A stretch of 64,000 nt of DNA, taken from Octopus vulgaris (lineage: Eukaryota). Under the pieces are notes generated by a model. That model made no database searches. It saw nothing but the letters and a program-made list of their open reading frames with translations, and was not told where the DNA came from. Location of the stretch: positions 6,448,001 through 6,512,000 of the forward strand of contig OX597833.1 of NCBI GenBank assembly GCA_951406725.2, given 5' to 3'. Each line of letters starts with the position of its first letter. Position 1 is the stretch's first letter. This document shows positions 31,261 through 42,635 of the stretch, piece by piece. The position numbers and the translations under genes are program-made.

Positions 31261-32452
31261 GCACAGAGGGACTCTAGTTTCTAGTCACGTTAATATTAAA
31301 TTTAAGTCCCTTCTTATTTCTAATATGTGTGTGTGTGTGTATCAAAACAGATTGGAAAAAATTGGGTAATATTTATTGACCATTACACGTGTTTCCTTTG
31401 ATAATAGGAGTTACAAATTTATGATAAAACGAACCTCCCCAAACTAGACATCAATATCTAACGTTATCTAAGCCACCCAATACCAATGAAGTGATCCCCA
31501 CAAACTATGAATCCACAAATATTTCACACTTTACAAGAATGATGGACAACTTGGAATAATGAGACTAAGGCAGAAGAAATTCCCAATCAAGCATAAGAAG
31601 TGTGTATTCTCATCGTCAGCTGCCAAACAGATATCACCATAGTTTCGACACCTGAGCAATTACATTCAATCCGTTGATGTTAACCGCGATAAACTATAAA
31701 CGTTGCCAGGGATTGTACCATATTACTATAAGTAAGAATATCAAAGTAAACAAACGGTATTAACTTATAGGTACAAAACAGAACTTATAAAACAAAGAGC
31801 ATAAGCCAAAACGGACAGAAAATAAAACCAACACAGACCACTAGATACTTTGTTTTTCAATCCATATTACATCACAAACATGGTATCACACCAAAAGCAA
31901 ATCTAGTGGAACAACATATCACCTAAACAACGTCCTCGAACAATGGATATAAACTACAGCCGTCAATAGCGAGCGAGTATGGCTTGCTTGTATGTCGTTT
32001 TTTTTCTATAATTGTTTTGATGCCGAAGTAGTTGCGAGTGGTAGCAGCCACACTATGGTCCTTTCACCTTTGACCCGGCGGAACATGTGGGATGGGGGGA
32101 GGGAGAGAGAGAGGGGACTGCACCCACAATCGGCGCCTACTTATTTTGAACCGAATATATTCGTGTAACGTTAAAGAAAGTGACTTGCTCAAGAACACAG
32201 TGCTCTCTTCGGTCCTGGAATCGAAATAGGTTAACATCCGAGTCACCGGATTAAACACCATCACAATGTCACACATGTTTATATATATATATATATATAT
32301 ATAATTGATCAAAATAAAAACATGATGCCAAGGATTCAGCGGTACATATGTTTCGGGCCTTTATTAGACAGATTTATAACAATGCATAATGTATATCTGT
32401 GGCCAAACGGTATACACAGGTGCTTATAATTATCAAGTACTCACCCCGAATT

Positions 32453-32524
<72 letters not shown>

Positions 32525-33726
32525 AAAAAAGGAGATGTCGAACACGAGTGGTGATATATAAAAAAGGAAATGAAGAAAATGCTGACAAATAATTGAAGTA
32601 ATTTAAGTAATTTAATTAGGTGAAAGTTCTTTTTACCGGTTGCGCATTTGTTATGCTTATCAAAATATAAAAGAGAGATTAGAGTCTGTCTCTTATATGT
32701 GAAAAAAGAGGCTCCAGAGTTGTTTTGGATTTGCTTGGTTTCGCGCCTAAAATTTTGATTGGTCATTATGAAGGGGTCACGTGAATGTTTGAATGGAAGT
32801 TGGTGTTGGGGTAAGAAAAAAGGCTCCAGAGAAGTTAAAATTTGGCTAGTGTCCCGCCTAAAATTTCTTATTGGCCATAATAAAGAGGTCACGTGAATGT
32901 TTAGAATTTTCGAAAATAGTGTTGTTGAAAATTCTTATTGTTCAGGCTGGTCAGTAGACGTCATGTGGATATTTTAAATAGCTTTTTAGCGCGTAGTTAG
33001 GGAGTGTATTTTCCGCTTGACTGAATAAGTAAGTTCGTTTAGAACAGGGAGAGCTGTATGTATGTATGTGTGTGCGCGCGCGCGCGCGCGTGTGTTTATA
33101 TGTATGTTGGGGCGCGCGCGCGTGTATATATGTGTGTGTGTGTGGGTACAATTTTCAATATTTATAGTTCTGCTGGCCTTGTGCCTGTATCGGGAAGCAA
33201 CGTATTTGTGTGAAGTCAATATTTACAGCCATTTCCAAAAAATAGTGTTGGATGTTTTGCACCCGTATTCAATTATGTGTATGTGTGGAACCATATATTT
33301 GTGTGTGTCATGGTGTTAATATCTGGGTAAAGGTGTGTGTAGGGTGTGTGCAGGTGTAAGTGTGTTTGTTGTGGGTTCGTGTTAGGGGCATGTGTTTAGA
33401 AGTGGTCTGTATTTATTAATAAGGTGGGATTCCATGGTTATTCGCTGGGTATGAGTGGCATTGTCTTTAAATTTGTAGAGGGGAAAGATTCTAAAATTGG
33501 GATGGAGTTGTGCGGCACAGGTATCAATATGTGCACTAAATGCTATTTTTCTATATTCCTGTATTTTTATTTGGGATCTGTGGACAGTCATGCGTTGGCG
33601 GAGGCTATTTTTTGTTTGGCCTATGTAGTGTTCATTACAGCCCGAGCAAGTTAAGACATATACTAGGTTTTCTGATGCGCATGTGAAGTTGTGTTTTACT
33701 GTGAAACGTTGTCCTTGTTTAAAAAC

Positions 33727-34104
33727 ATATGCATCAACCTAATAGAAGGTCCGGAATTCCTTTTTAAACAAGGACAACGTTTCACAGTAAAACACAACTT
33801 CACATGCGCATCAGAAAACCTAGTATATGTCTTAACTTGCTCGGGCTGTAATGAACACTACATAGGCCAAACAAAAAATAGCCTCCGCCAACGCATGACT
33901 GTCCACAGATCCCAAATAAAAATACAGGAATATAGAAAAATAGCATTTAGTGCACATATTGATACCTGTGCCGCACAACTCCATCCCAATTTTAGAATCT
34001 TTCCCCTCTACAAATTTAAAGACAATGCCACTCATACCCAGCGAATAACCATGGAATCCCACCTTATTAATAAATACAGACCACTTCTAAACACATGCCC
34101 CTAA
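33727..34104 (+). CDS. PLE GIY-YIG endonuclease domain (5'-truncated, open to stop; mirrored at 33382-33725 on minus strand)
   Basis: ICINLIEG...FTCASENLVYVLTCSGCNEHYIGQTKNSLRQRMTVHRSQIK...H...RITMESHLINKYRPLLN: VY/YIG motifs, catalytic R and E, C-terminal LN, Cys-rich Neptune-type context. Confidence 0.9.
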   Translation: MCINLIEGPEFLFKQGQRFTVKHNFTCASENLVYVLTCSGCNEHYIGQTKNSLRQRMTVHRSQIKIQEYRKIAFSAHIDTCAAQLHPNFRIFPLYKFKDNATHTQRITMESHLINKYRPLLNTCP

Positions 34105-34820
34105 CACGAACCCACAACAAACACACTTACACCTGCACACACCCTACACACACCTTTACCCAGATATTAACACCATGACACACACAAATATATGGTTCCA
34201 CACATACACATAATTGAATACGGGTGCAAAACATCCAACACTATTTTTTGGAAATGGCTGTAAATATTGACTTCACACAAATACGTTGCTTCCCGATACA
34301 GGCACAAGGCCAGCAGAACTATAAATATTGAAAATTGTACCCACACACACACACATATATACACGCGCGCGCGCCCCAACATACATATAAACACACGCGC
34401 GCGCGCGCGCGCACACACATACATACATACAGCTCTCCCTGTTCTAAACGAACTTACTTATTCAGTCAAGCGGAAAATACACTCCCTAACTACGCGCTAA
34501 AAAGCTATTTAAAATATCCACATGACGTCTACTGACCAGCCTGAACAATAAGAATTTTCAACAACACTATTTTCGAAAATTCTAAACATTCACGTGACCT
34601 CTTTATTATGGCCAATAAGAAATTTTAGGCGGGACACTAGCCAAATTTTAACTTCTCTGGAGCCTTTTTCTTACCCCAACACCAACTTCCATTCAAACAT
34701 TCACGTGACCCCTTCATAATGACCAATCAAAATTTTAGGCGCGAAACCAAGCAAATCCAAAACAACTCTGGAGCCTCTTTTTTTCACATATAAGAGACAG
34801 ACTCTAATCTCTCTTTTATA

Positions 34821-34857
34821 TTTTGATAAGCATAACAAATGCGCAACCGGTAAAAAG
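34821..34857 (+). ncRNA. Minimal HHR variant (U3-A8 core) in PLE 3' region; mirror copy at 32629-32665 (-)
   Basis: TT-TTGATAA-GCAT-AACAA-ATGC-GCA-ACCGGT-A-AAAAG: 4-bp helix II, palindromic helix III, GUA triplet. Confidence 0.7.
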
Positions 34858-34918
34858 AACTTTCACCTAATTAAATTACTTAAATTACTTCAATTATTTG
34901 TCAGCATTTTCTTCATTT

Positions 34919-34997
<79 letters not shown>

Positions 34998-35003
<6 letters not shown>

Positions 35004-35285
35004 CAATGGCCCAGTCGTTAGGGCAGCGGACTCGCGGTTGTAGGATCGCGGTTTCGATTCCCAGACCGGGCGTTGTATGTGTTTATTGAGCAAAAACACC
35101 TAAAAAGCTCCACGAGGCTCCGGCAGGGGGTGGTGGCGATCCCTGCTGTACTCTTTCACCACTCTTTCTTCTGTTGGCCTGCTCGCTTAGCCAGCGGGGT
35201 GGCGTCATTCGAAAGCTAAAACAATGCGAATGCATTGTGACCAGCGATGTGTAGGAACATCTGATGGTCTGTTCGGTCACGTGAT

Positions 35286-35293
<8 letters not shown>
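34998..35293 (+). mobile_element. tRNA-derived SINE family C2 (same head as C1, different tail ending (TCACGTGA)x2 into (TA)n)
   Basis: TGGCCCAGTCGTTAGGGCAGCGGACTCGCGG..GGTTTCGATTCC aligns with 12122-12280, then diverges. Confidence 0.85.
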
Positions 35294-35325
<32 letters not shown>

Positions 35326-35480
35326 AAAATAGCTAGTTCTAAAACATCTCTAAGAGATCCACGCAGTACTGACCAGTAATATTCGCAGCCACTTCTACAT
35401 GGCTGTCCGTTCGAACGGACAGCCGTGTTAAAGTGGATACGAATATTACATATATAGACACATACATACATACACATATC

Positions 35481-35688
35481 CTTTTATTCTTTTACATGTT
35501 TCAGTCATTTGACTGCGGCCATACTGAAGCATGGCTTCAGTCGAAGAAATCGACCCCAGGACTCATTCTTTGTAAGCCAGGTACTTATTTCATCGGTTTG
35601 TTTTACCGCTAGGTTACAGGGACATAAACACACCAACATCGGTTGTCAAGTGGTGGTGGAGGACAACCACAAAGACACGCATACACAC

Positions 35689-35728
<40 letters not shown>

Positions 35729-35867
35729 CACAACGGACTTCTTTCAGGCTTTGGTCGGCCCGAGGCTGCAGAAGAAGACGCTTGGCCAAGGTGCGACGCG
35801 GCTGAACTGAACCCGGAACCATGTGGTTGGGAAACAAGCTTCTTACCACACAGCCACGCCTGCACCT
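35481..35867 (-). mobile_element. SINE family B, near full length
   Basis: Reverse complement aligns with 28102-28531. Confidence 0.85.
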
Positions 35868-35875
35868 ATGTATGT

Positions 35876-35915
<40 letters not shown>

Positions 35916-36239
35916 CTTGGTCAGGTAAGGTAGAGAGGAAAGTACGACCGTTTTAAGATCTGTAGGACTTATAGTGGCAAAGGGAGAAGTCATTCTCCAG
36001 CCCGAAGTCTGACCAGAATGTTTACAATTGAGTGGAGGTCACCTACGGAAGCTAACAAACCAGATGATGATGATGGTGTAAGGCCAGGAGACAGATGAAG
36101 TCTACCACCCCTTATATCTAAGAATCTACAATACCAAACAATATTTACAAACCGAGGTCAAGAATTAAAACTTGTTTAGAATAAAAACCGCGATAACAAC
36201 AACCAAAGATTCTTAACCACGGTTATAACTTTTATTTCG

Positions 36240-36620
36240 CCTTCATATTTATTTGTTTAATGTCTAACGTATTTGGTAGGTTTTATTTTGGAAATTTACC
36301 TTTCTGGTATAGTATAGCTTCTGTTTACTCTACAAATGACATTTGTGATATCTTCCATATTGAATGTCAGTTTTTATGTCTGTAATAAGGCTTCCTCCAT
36401 TGTATAACGGTCTATCTGGTCTGATTTGAGTATGATTTAGACTGGTGACTGCTCTGTGTTCCAACAATACCAATCTTTCCCGAATTATTGCTTCATAAAC
36501 AACATCGGTGATTAAAATCTTTTACGTATTTTGGTAATGTTTTTGGTGGCGCACCGCAAAAGTTTAAAATTCTTCTACCATGTTTATTTTAATTTTTTTT
36601 TTAGCGTAGAACGTAAATTT
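36240..36620 (-). mobile_element. Highly decayed PLE GIY-YIG C-terminal remnant (tentative)
   Basis: Fragments ILITDVVYEAII, KSYSNQTR*TVIQW and HKCHL*SKQKL resemble the VVYxAxV / STxLSxxIW / CxLCxxEK pattern of some PLE endonucleases. Confidence 0.35.
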
Positions 36621-37264
36621 CTCAAAGTATTTCTGTGCATACACGTGATGCTGGACATAAACTTACTATTAACTACTCTTTTATTGTTAATGCTTTTTGT
36701 GTTGGTGTTTTTACCTTGCACCAACTGGAACGCCCGTCGTCGTAAACGACAGAAAGCCAGGAATTAAACTTGTAATCCGAACATCTACCTGTATTATACA
36801 CATTTCCCGAATTTCACTCGGTTGATATCACTGGAGTTATCCAAGTTTGAATCACATTTAGAGGGAATTTGTTTCTACTAATTGCATGGATAATCTTAGA
36901 TATTTGACATTATTCAGACTCGCTACGTTATATATGTAAAGCGCTTTGATACATAAACTCTGAACCACGGCGTCAGATGTTGAATAATCTCCAGAAATGT
37001 GAACCATTAATGGAATCTACGAAAGAAAATTAGCGTGACATAGTGTAATAAATATGGCGCCTTGAATTAATGACTCCCACAGTTTCCGTCTCCTCTGTTT
37101 TGTACACAGGGTTTGAGCTGACCCGAAGTTAAGGCCAAATATATTTAAACATACTGTCATGCAGTCAGATCGAACCTAAAATCCTATGATTGTGAAGCGA
37201 AGTCTTTTGCCGCTTGACCATAATTTCGACATATGCGTATATATGCATAGACACATATTACGTA

Positions 37265-37311
37265 TATGCCTGACGAGGCCCCGAAGACCGAAACCCGGAT
37301 GTCACTGGCAT
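37265..37311 (+). ncRNA. Minimal HHR-like motif (partly degenerate)
   Basis: ATGC-CTGACGA-GGCC-CCGAA-GACC-GAAAC-CCGGAT-GTC-ACTG-GCAT; canonical core, one helix II mismatch, displaced helix I. Confidence 0.55.
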
Positions 37312-37807
37312 CGCCCTTCTTGTTAAAAGTATTGTAAATATGTAAGCTGATAAAAAGTTTTGAGTAATTCTTCAGATTAATGTAAAACTGTTTTTATTAT
37401 AACTCAACACAAAAACAAAGCATCAATACATACATAACGATATATATATATATATATATATATAAGTCTTGTGATAAATGTTCAATTTTAATCAAAGTGT
37501 ATTACTCTACCTTTCATATTCGAGTTCTATTTTTCCACCTTGTTTACCACTTAAGTGCGTGTGAGTGTGTGTGTTGTGTACACAGACATATCGTCACTAT
37601 CATGTTAAAATGTCGCATGTTCAAATGTGGCCAAATACGTTTTGTTTTTCAATATTTTTTTTTTTTGCATACAATAGCCGGTACTTTTGGTAAAACTATC
37701 GTATCACCAGTTGCTTCAAACAACGGTTTTGCTATGGAATGGTGAAACTATGTTTTCGTTTTCTGAAAAAGCAACATTTTGGACTTACAACCCTTTTGCA
37801 TAATAGA

Positions 37808-37857
<50 letters not shown>

Positions 37858-37973
37858 ATATTTCGGAATGGTCATATTGCCAGTTCAGCCAATAAAAACA
37901 CACGCACTATATATTTGGTGTTATTTTGCTTCAGTGATATTTATTTTTTACATTAATCTTAATCTTATTTCAG

Positions 37974-38013
37974 CCAAAGTTCTTTCGTCACACTCCTGTG
38001 ACCGCATCAGTGG
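37974..38013 (-). ncRNA. Minimal HHR variant
   Basis: CCA-CTGATGC-G-GTCACA-GGAG-TGTGAC-GAA-AGAACT-T-TGG: 3-bp helix I, perfect 6-bp helix II, A9->C. Confidence 0.65.
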
Positions 38014-38185
38014 TCCTTTGTTTTCTTCTCACTTATCTGTGTCTCTCCTTACTAACCGTATATATATATATTCTTATACATACATGCATATATATATATA
38101 CATACATATATATATACACATATATAGACACATATACACACACGCACACACACACACACACACACACTGTGTGTGTGTGTGTGTG

Positions 38186-38324
38186 TAAATGGAGTTGAAC
38201 GCAGGTGTTATGCAAATTCTTTTACTTCCGACATATGTTTCGAAGACAACATAATATCAATGTTGTCTTCGAAACATGTCGGAAGTAAAAGAATTTGATA
38301 AACACCTGCGTTCAACTCAATTTA
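38186..38324. repeat. ~66-bp-arm inverted repeat built from the 3' half of an HHR module
   Basis: TAAATGGAGTTGAACGCAGGTGTT...GAAGACAACAT / 7-nt loop / ATGTTGTCTTCGAAACATGTC...AACACCTGCGTTCAACTCAATTTA. Confidence 0.9.
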
Positions 38325-39225
38325 TTTATTTATTTATATATATTAAACAAAATATTTCACATCAACCCGGAGTTTCTATCTTAAAAAAACAAGGTGTTAC
38401 ACCCTTTTTACTTTTTTGTGTGATTTTTTGCTACCCTGATAACTATTTATCTATTTTTGCTGTGTTATTTGTAAACAAGTGAAAAATACACACATACATA
38501 TATACATACATACATACATACATACATACATACATACATAGATATATATACATAGATATACGTAGATATATGCATTTACATACATATATATATACCTATA
38601 AGTATATTATGTATACATATATATAATATATATGTACATGATATACAAATAAATATATATGTATATATATATGTATGTATACAAATATGTAGATATATAT
38701 GTATAATATATATTTATATAAATATGTATGTATATACAAAAATATATGTATGCATATATATATGTATATATATATACCTACACACACGTGTGTGTGTGTG
38801 TGTGTTATTCCATTATTTGTCTGTTATGTTTTCTAAATTCTTTATTTCGAGTTCTCTTTGAAATTTTCTCATTTTCAAAGTATTTCTGATATTTTTTGCT
38901 TAGAATTTCTTAATTTCTAATTTTCAAATTTTAATTTCTTCTTGGTTCTGAATTCTAAGGAAACGGTAAAAACAACATCAACAACAGCAGTAATATTAAC
39001 GACAACAATATCAAGAACAACAATAACAATACAGTCGATCTAATTTGACATTTCTTATTTGTAAAAGACATGTTAAGATGGAAACTATTTGTGCGTGTGT
39101 GAGTGTATATATCTATGTATTTCTATGTACGTGTGTGCGCGAGTGTATATATATATATATACACACACACACGTTTAGTGATACAAAAAAATATGTACAC
39201 ATATATATTCTATATATAGCTGTAG

Positions 39226-39283
<58 letters not shown>

Positions 39284-39444
39284 ATATAGATATATATGGA
39301 TATATATACGTACATGTATAATCACACACACACATATATATATATACACACATGTGTATACATATACACACCTCACATGCATATTTACATAAATGTATAT
39401 ATTTATTGTACATAAGTGCATATACATGCAGATATACCATATAC

Positions 39445-39476
<32 letters not shown>

Positions 39477-39749
39477 ATATATGTATATGTATGTGTGTGT
39501 GTGTGGATGTGTGAAAGAGAGAGAGAGAGAGTGGTAAAGAGGGGGAGAGAGAGAGAGAGGAGATAATGTTATGATGCCGGTCGTTTAAATAGTGAGGAAG
39601 ATCTCAATATGGTGGCAACAGATCGATATATTTACTTTACATATGATTACTACTGCTACTACTACTACTACTACTACTACACACACGCACACACACACAG
39701 TCACTCATACACACACACGCGAACATTTACCCTAACATATTATCTATCT

Positions 39750-39868
39750 ATCACCACCACCACTACCACCACTACTACTACCACTACTACCATTACTACT
39801 ACTACCACCACTACTACTACTACCATTGCTACTACTACTACCATTGCTACTACTACTACTACCACCAA

Positions 39869-39901
<33 letters not shown>

Positions 39902-40250
39902 CACCACTACTACTACTACCACCACTACTACTACTACCATTGCTACTACTACTACTACCACCACTACTACTACCACCACTACTACTACTACCATTGCTAC
40001 TACTACCACCACCACTACTACTATTACCACCACTACTACTACTACCACCACTACTACTACTACCATTACTACTACTACTACTACTACCACCACTACTACT
40101 ACTACCATTACTACTACTACCACCACCATTACTACTACTACCACCACCATTACTACTACTACCACCACCATTACTACTACTACCATTACTACTACTACTA
40201 CCATTACTACTACTACTACCATTACTACTACTACTACTACTACTACTACA
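39750..40250. repeat. (ACT/ACC)n trinucleotide array
   Basis: Directly visible; a second array lies at 40680-40880. Confidence 0.95.
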
Positions 40251-40557
40251 TATGCAGTAATAGAGCAAAGTACTAGAAACGTTTTATAGGGATATTAGAC
40301 ACACATGAACACGTACGCACTCACTGACACGCGTGCGCATGCGCCCACATACACACACTTATACACACATATCTACACACTAACATACACATACTGATAC
40401 GCTATTATGCACCTCAACGAGTACACCTCAACTCGTACGCATTAACATAGGTACGCATACACACACACACACACATAAATACTAGTAATACACACAGACA
40501 CTCACATGCTTAAATTGCTAACACACACACTAACATACGCACACGCTCTCTCTTTCT

Positions 40558-40597
<40 letters not shown>

Positions 40598-40763
40598 TAG
40601 GACCCTTCTACGCACGCGCACTACAATATACGCGCGCTCAAACAGTTACGCAAACAGATGCTAGTATACTATCTATCACCACCTCCACTACTACTACTAC
40701 TACTACCACCACTTCTACCATTACTACTACTACTGCTACCACCACCACCACCACTTCTACCAT

Positions 40764-40805
<42 letters not shown>

Positions 40806-41534
40806 TACTACCACTACTACTACTACTACTTCTACTACCACCACAACCACCACCACCATTACTACTACTATTACTACACAACCACACCGACATACGCACT
40901 GCTTGTATATGGTTGACCCTCCAATCTAATGATGCCCATCTCTTCTTCCACTCATGGACCCCACTAATGGCTAGGACATCCCCAATCTTTGATATATACA
41001 AACGTCGATAACAAGCATGCAAATATGTTCAGTTCAATAAACCGCCAGAATAAACGAGTACCTGCTTCCATTCTTGCTAAACCCGGTACCCTTGAGTCTA
41101 TTCCACCTCCGTATATCTTCAATCAACCATTATTTTGCGAAACCATCAAAGTAAACCTATTCTCGAATGGCTGGTGTTGTTCCTTTTCAAAATATTCTTC
41201 AGTCGGTCTTTGAATCAATTCCTCCTCTGTTTGGTCATTCGACCAACTGTTGACCGCTGTCCAGTTGGACCATTACTATTAATGTATTTTGGTATAGTGT
41301 AATGTTGCATGGAGTGGAGTCGTATAGTGTAATGTGCAGTGATGCACCATTACTACGGATAGCGTAATAACTGTTTATTTCTTTCATAGGAGCTGGGTCC
41401 TTCCATCTGGCACCACGTGGAGGTAATTTCATTACTGGACTTCTTGTTACCAGGTAAGTCAGTTTAAAATTATATTACTAACTACTAGAAACAGATATAT
41501 ATATATATATATATACGTATATATATATATATAT

Positions 41535-41762
41535 ATATGTGACCTCGTGAGTACCGCCGGTGATTTTTTCCCTCTGTCTTCCCTTCTCGGGATCTTTCCT
41601 TCTCCTATGTTTCCGACGAAGAGCTCCGCTCGAAACGTTAAACCCTCCTTCTTCCCTTCTTTCCTGAGCGTCCAATAATACTTTATTTGTTCCACGTCCT
41701 CGCGTTGTTGTGATTTGTTGTTGTTGTTTTTTTGTGTTTTCTTGTTTGGATTAACTTTATAT
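41535..41762 (+). mobile_element. PLE-like 3' module in (TA)n with minimal HHR variant (41609-41643)
   Basis: GTTT-CCGACGA-A-GAGC-TCC-GCTC-GAA-ACGT-T-AAAC; perfect 4-bp helices I and II; (TA)n on both flanks. Confidence 0.75.
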
Positions 41763-41854
41763 ATATATATATATTCAAAGAAACAGAGAATACATACATT
41801 GAAAAGTCAATTTATTATGATAGTCCAGTCAAATTAATAAGTTCATTCATAGTT

Positions 41855-41949
41855 CCTACGCTGCGTTTCGGCTGATTGCTGTCATTCGTATTTGCACTTT
41901 TAAAGTGCATTATGAAGTTGAAAAAAGCAAAAAAACCTTTTCAGGGCAT
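41855..41949 (-). ncRNA. HHR-like motif with extended helix II
   Basis: GCC-CTGAAAA-GG...TGCACTTT/AAAGTGCA...CC-GAA-ACGCAGCGT-A-GG; AATAAA ~40 nt downstream. Confidence 0.55.
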
Positions 41950-42341
41950 AGTTGACTGATATTTTTCACATCTTAACGGATGGAGAGTTTTTTTCCGACT
42001 GAAATGTAGCATATGCTTCTTGGATTCTGTGCTACAAAAAAGTTGATTTTTTACCTTACTCGACAAGGGATAGACATAGTTCAGAAGAACTAGGTCATGT
42101 TTCTATTACGCTCTTTTGGTAGTACCGATTAGCTGTTTACAAGCCTGCCCCTACTTTTCATACGATTCAGTATGTTCATAACATATTCATCTGCGTCCGT
42201 ATTATTGATGAAACAAATCTAGGTATGTCCCTATTCGTTACTTTTATCTATTTTATATCCATACTTATAGTTTTGTAAAATTTGTATTAGTTACTAGAAA
42301 GTGTAATTATTTATTCCAATGCGTAAGTCGATAGGTTGGGC

Positions 42342-42372
<31 letters not shown>

Positions 42373-42414
42373 AGTATGTGTGCATCATATACTTCTCTTC
42401 TTTCTCTTTCTTTC

Positions 42415-42447
<33 letters not shown>

Positions 42448-42532
42448 GAGTGTGTGTGTATGTATGTATGTATGTATGTATATAAAGATGAGAGACAGAG
42501 CATGGAATTCATGAAACTCTTTATTCAGAACA

Positions 42533-42635
42533 ACTAGGATCGTTTCGACTCGTCATGCCTCCGTACCTTACAGGTGAGATGCTGTGCAATTTATTTGTCA
42601 TACATTATAGGTGCAGGTACGTCTCCTCAGGTGAC
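42533..42635 (-). ncRNA. HHR-like motif with extended helix II (degenerate)
   Basis: CTGAGGA-GAC..CGTACCT/AGGTACG..GTC-GAAACGATC; AATAAA ~15 nt downstream; helices I/III are imperfect. Confidence 0.45.

Larger units (their letters stand above)
32554..34932. mobile_element. Head-to-head inverted pair of 5'-truncated Neptune-like PLE 3' ends (1172-bp arms, 35-bp spacer)
   Basis: Arms 32554-33725 and 33761-34932 are reverse complements; only two homopolymer-length differences were seen; mirrored ORFs appear in the track. Confidence 0.95.

Noticed and set aside
32340-32360. Minus-strand GAAACATATGTA half-hammerhead
   Set aside because: No upstream core found; counted only as a half motif, not as a ribozyme.
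39609-40289. Poly-Thr mucin-like ORF (also poly-Val ORF 54541-55530)
   Set aside because: Pure (ACT/ACC)n arrays with no splice or domain context.
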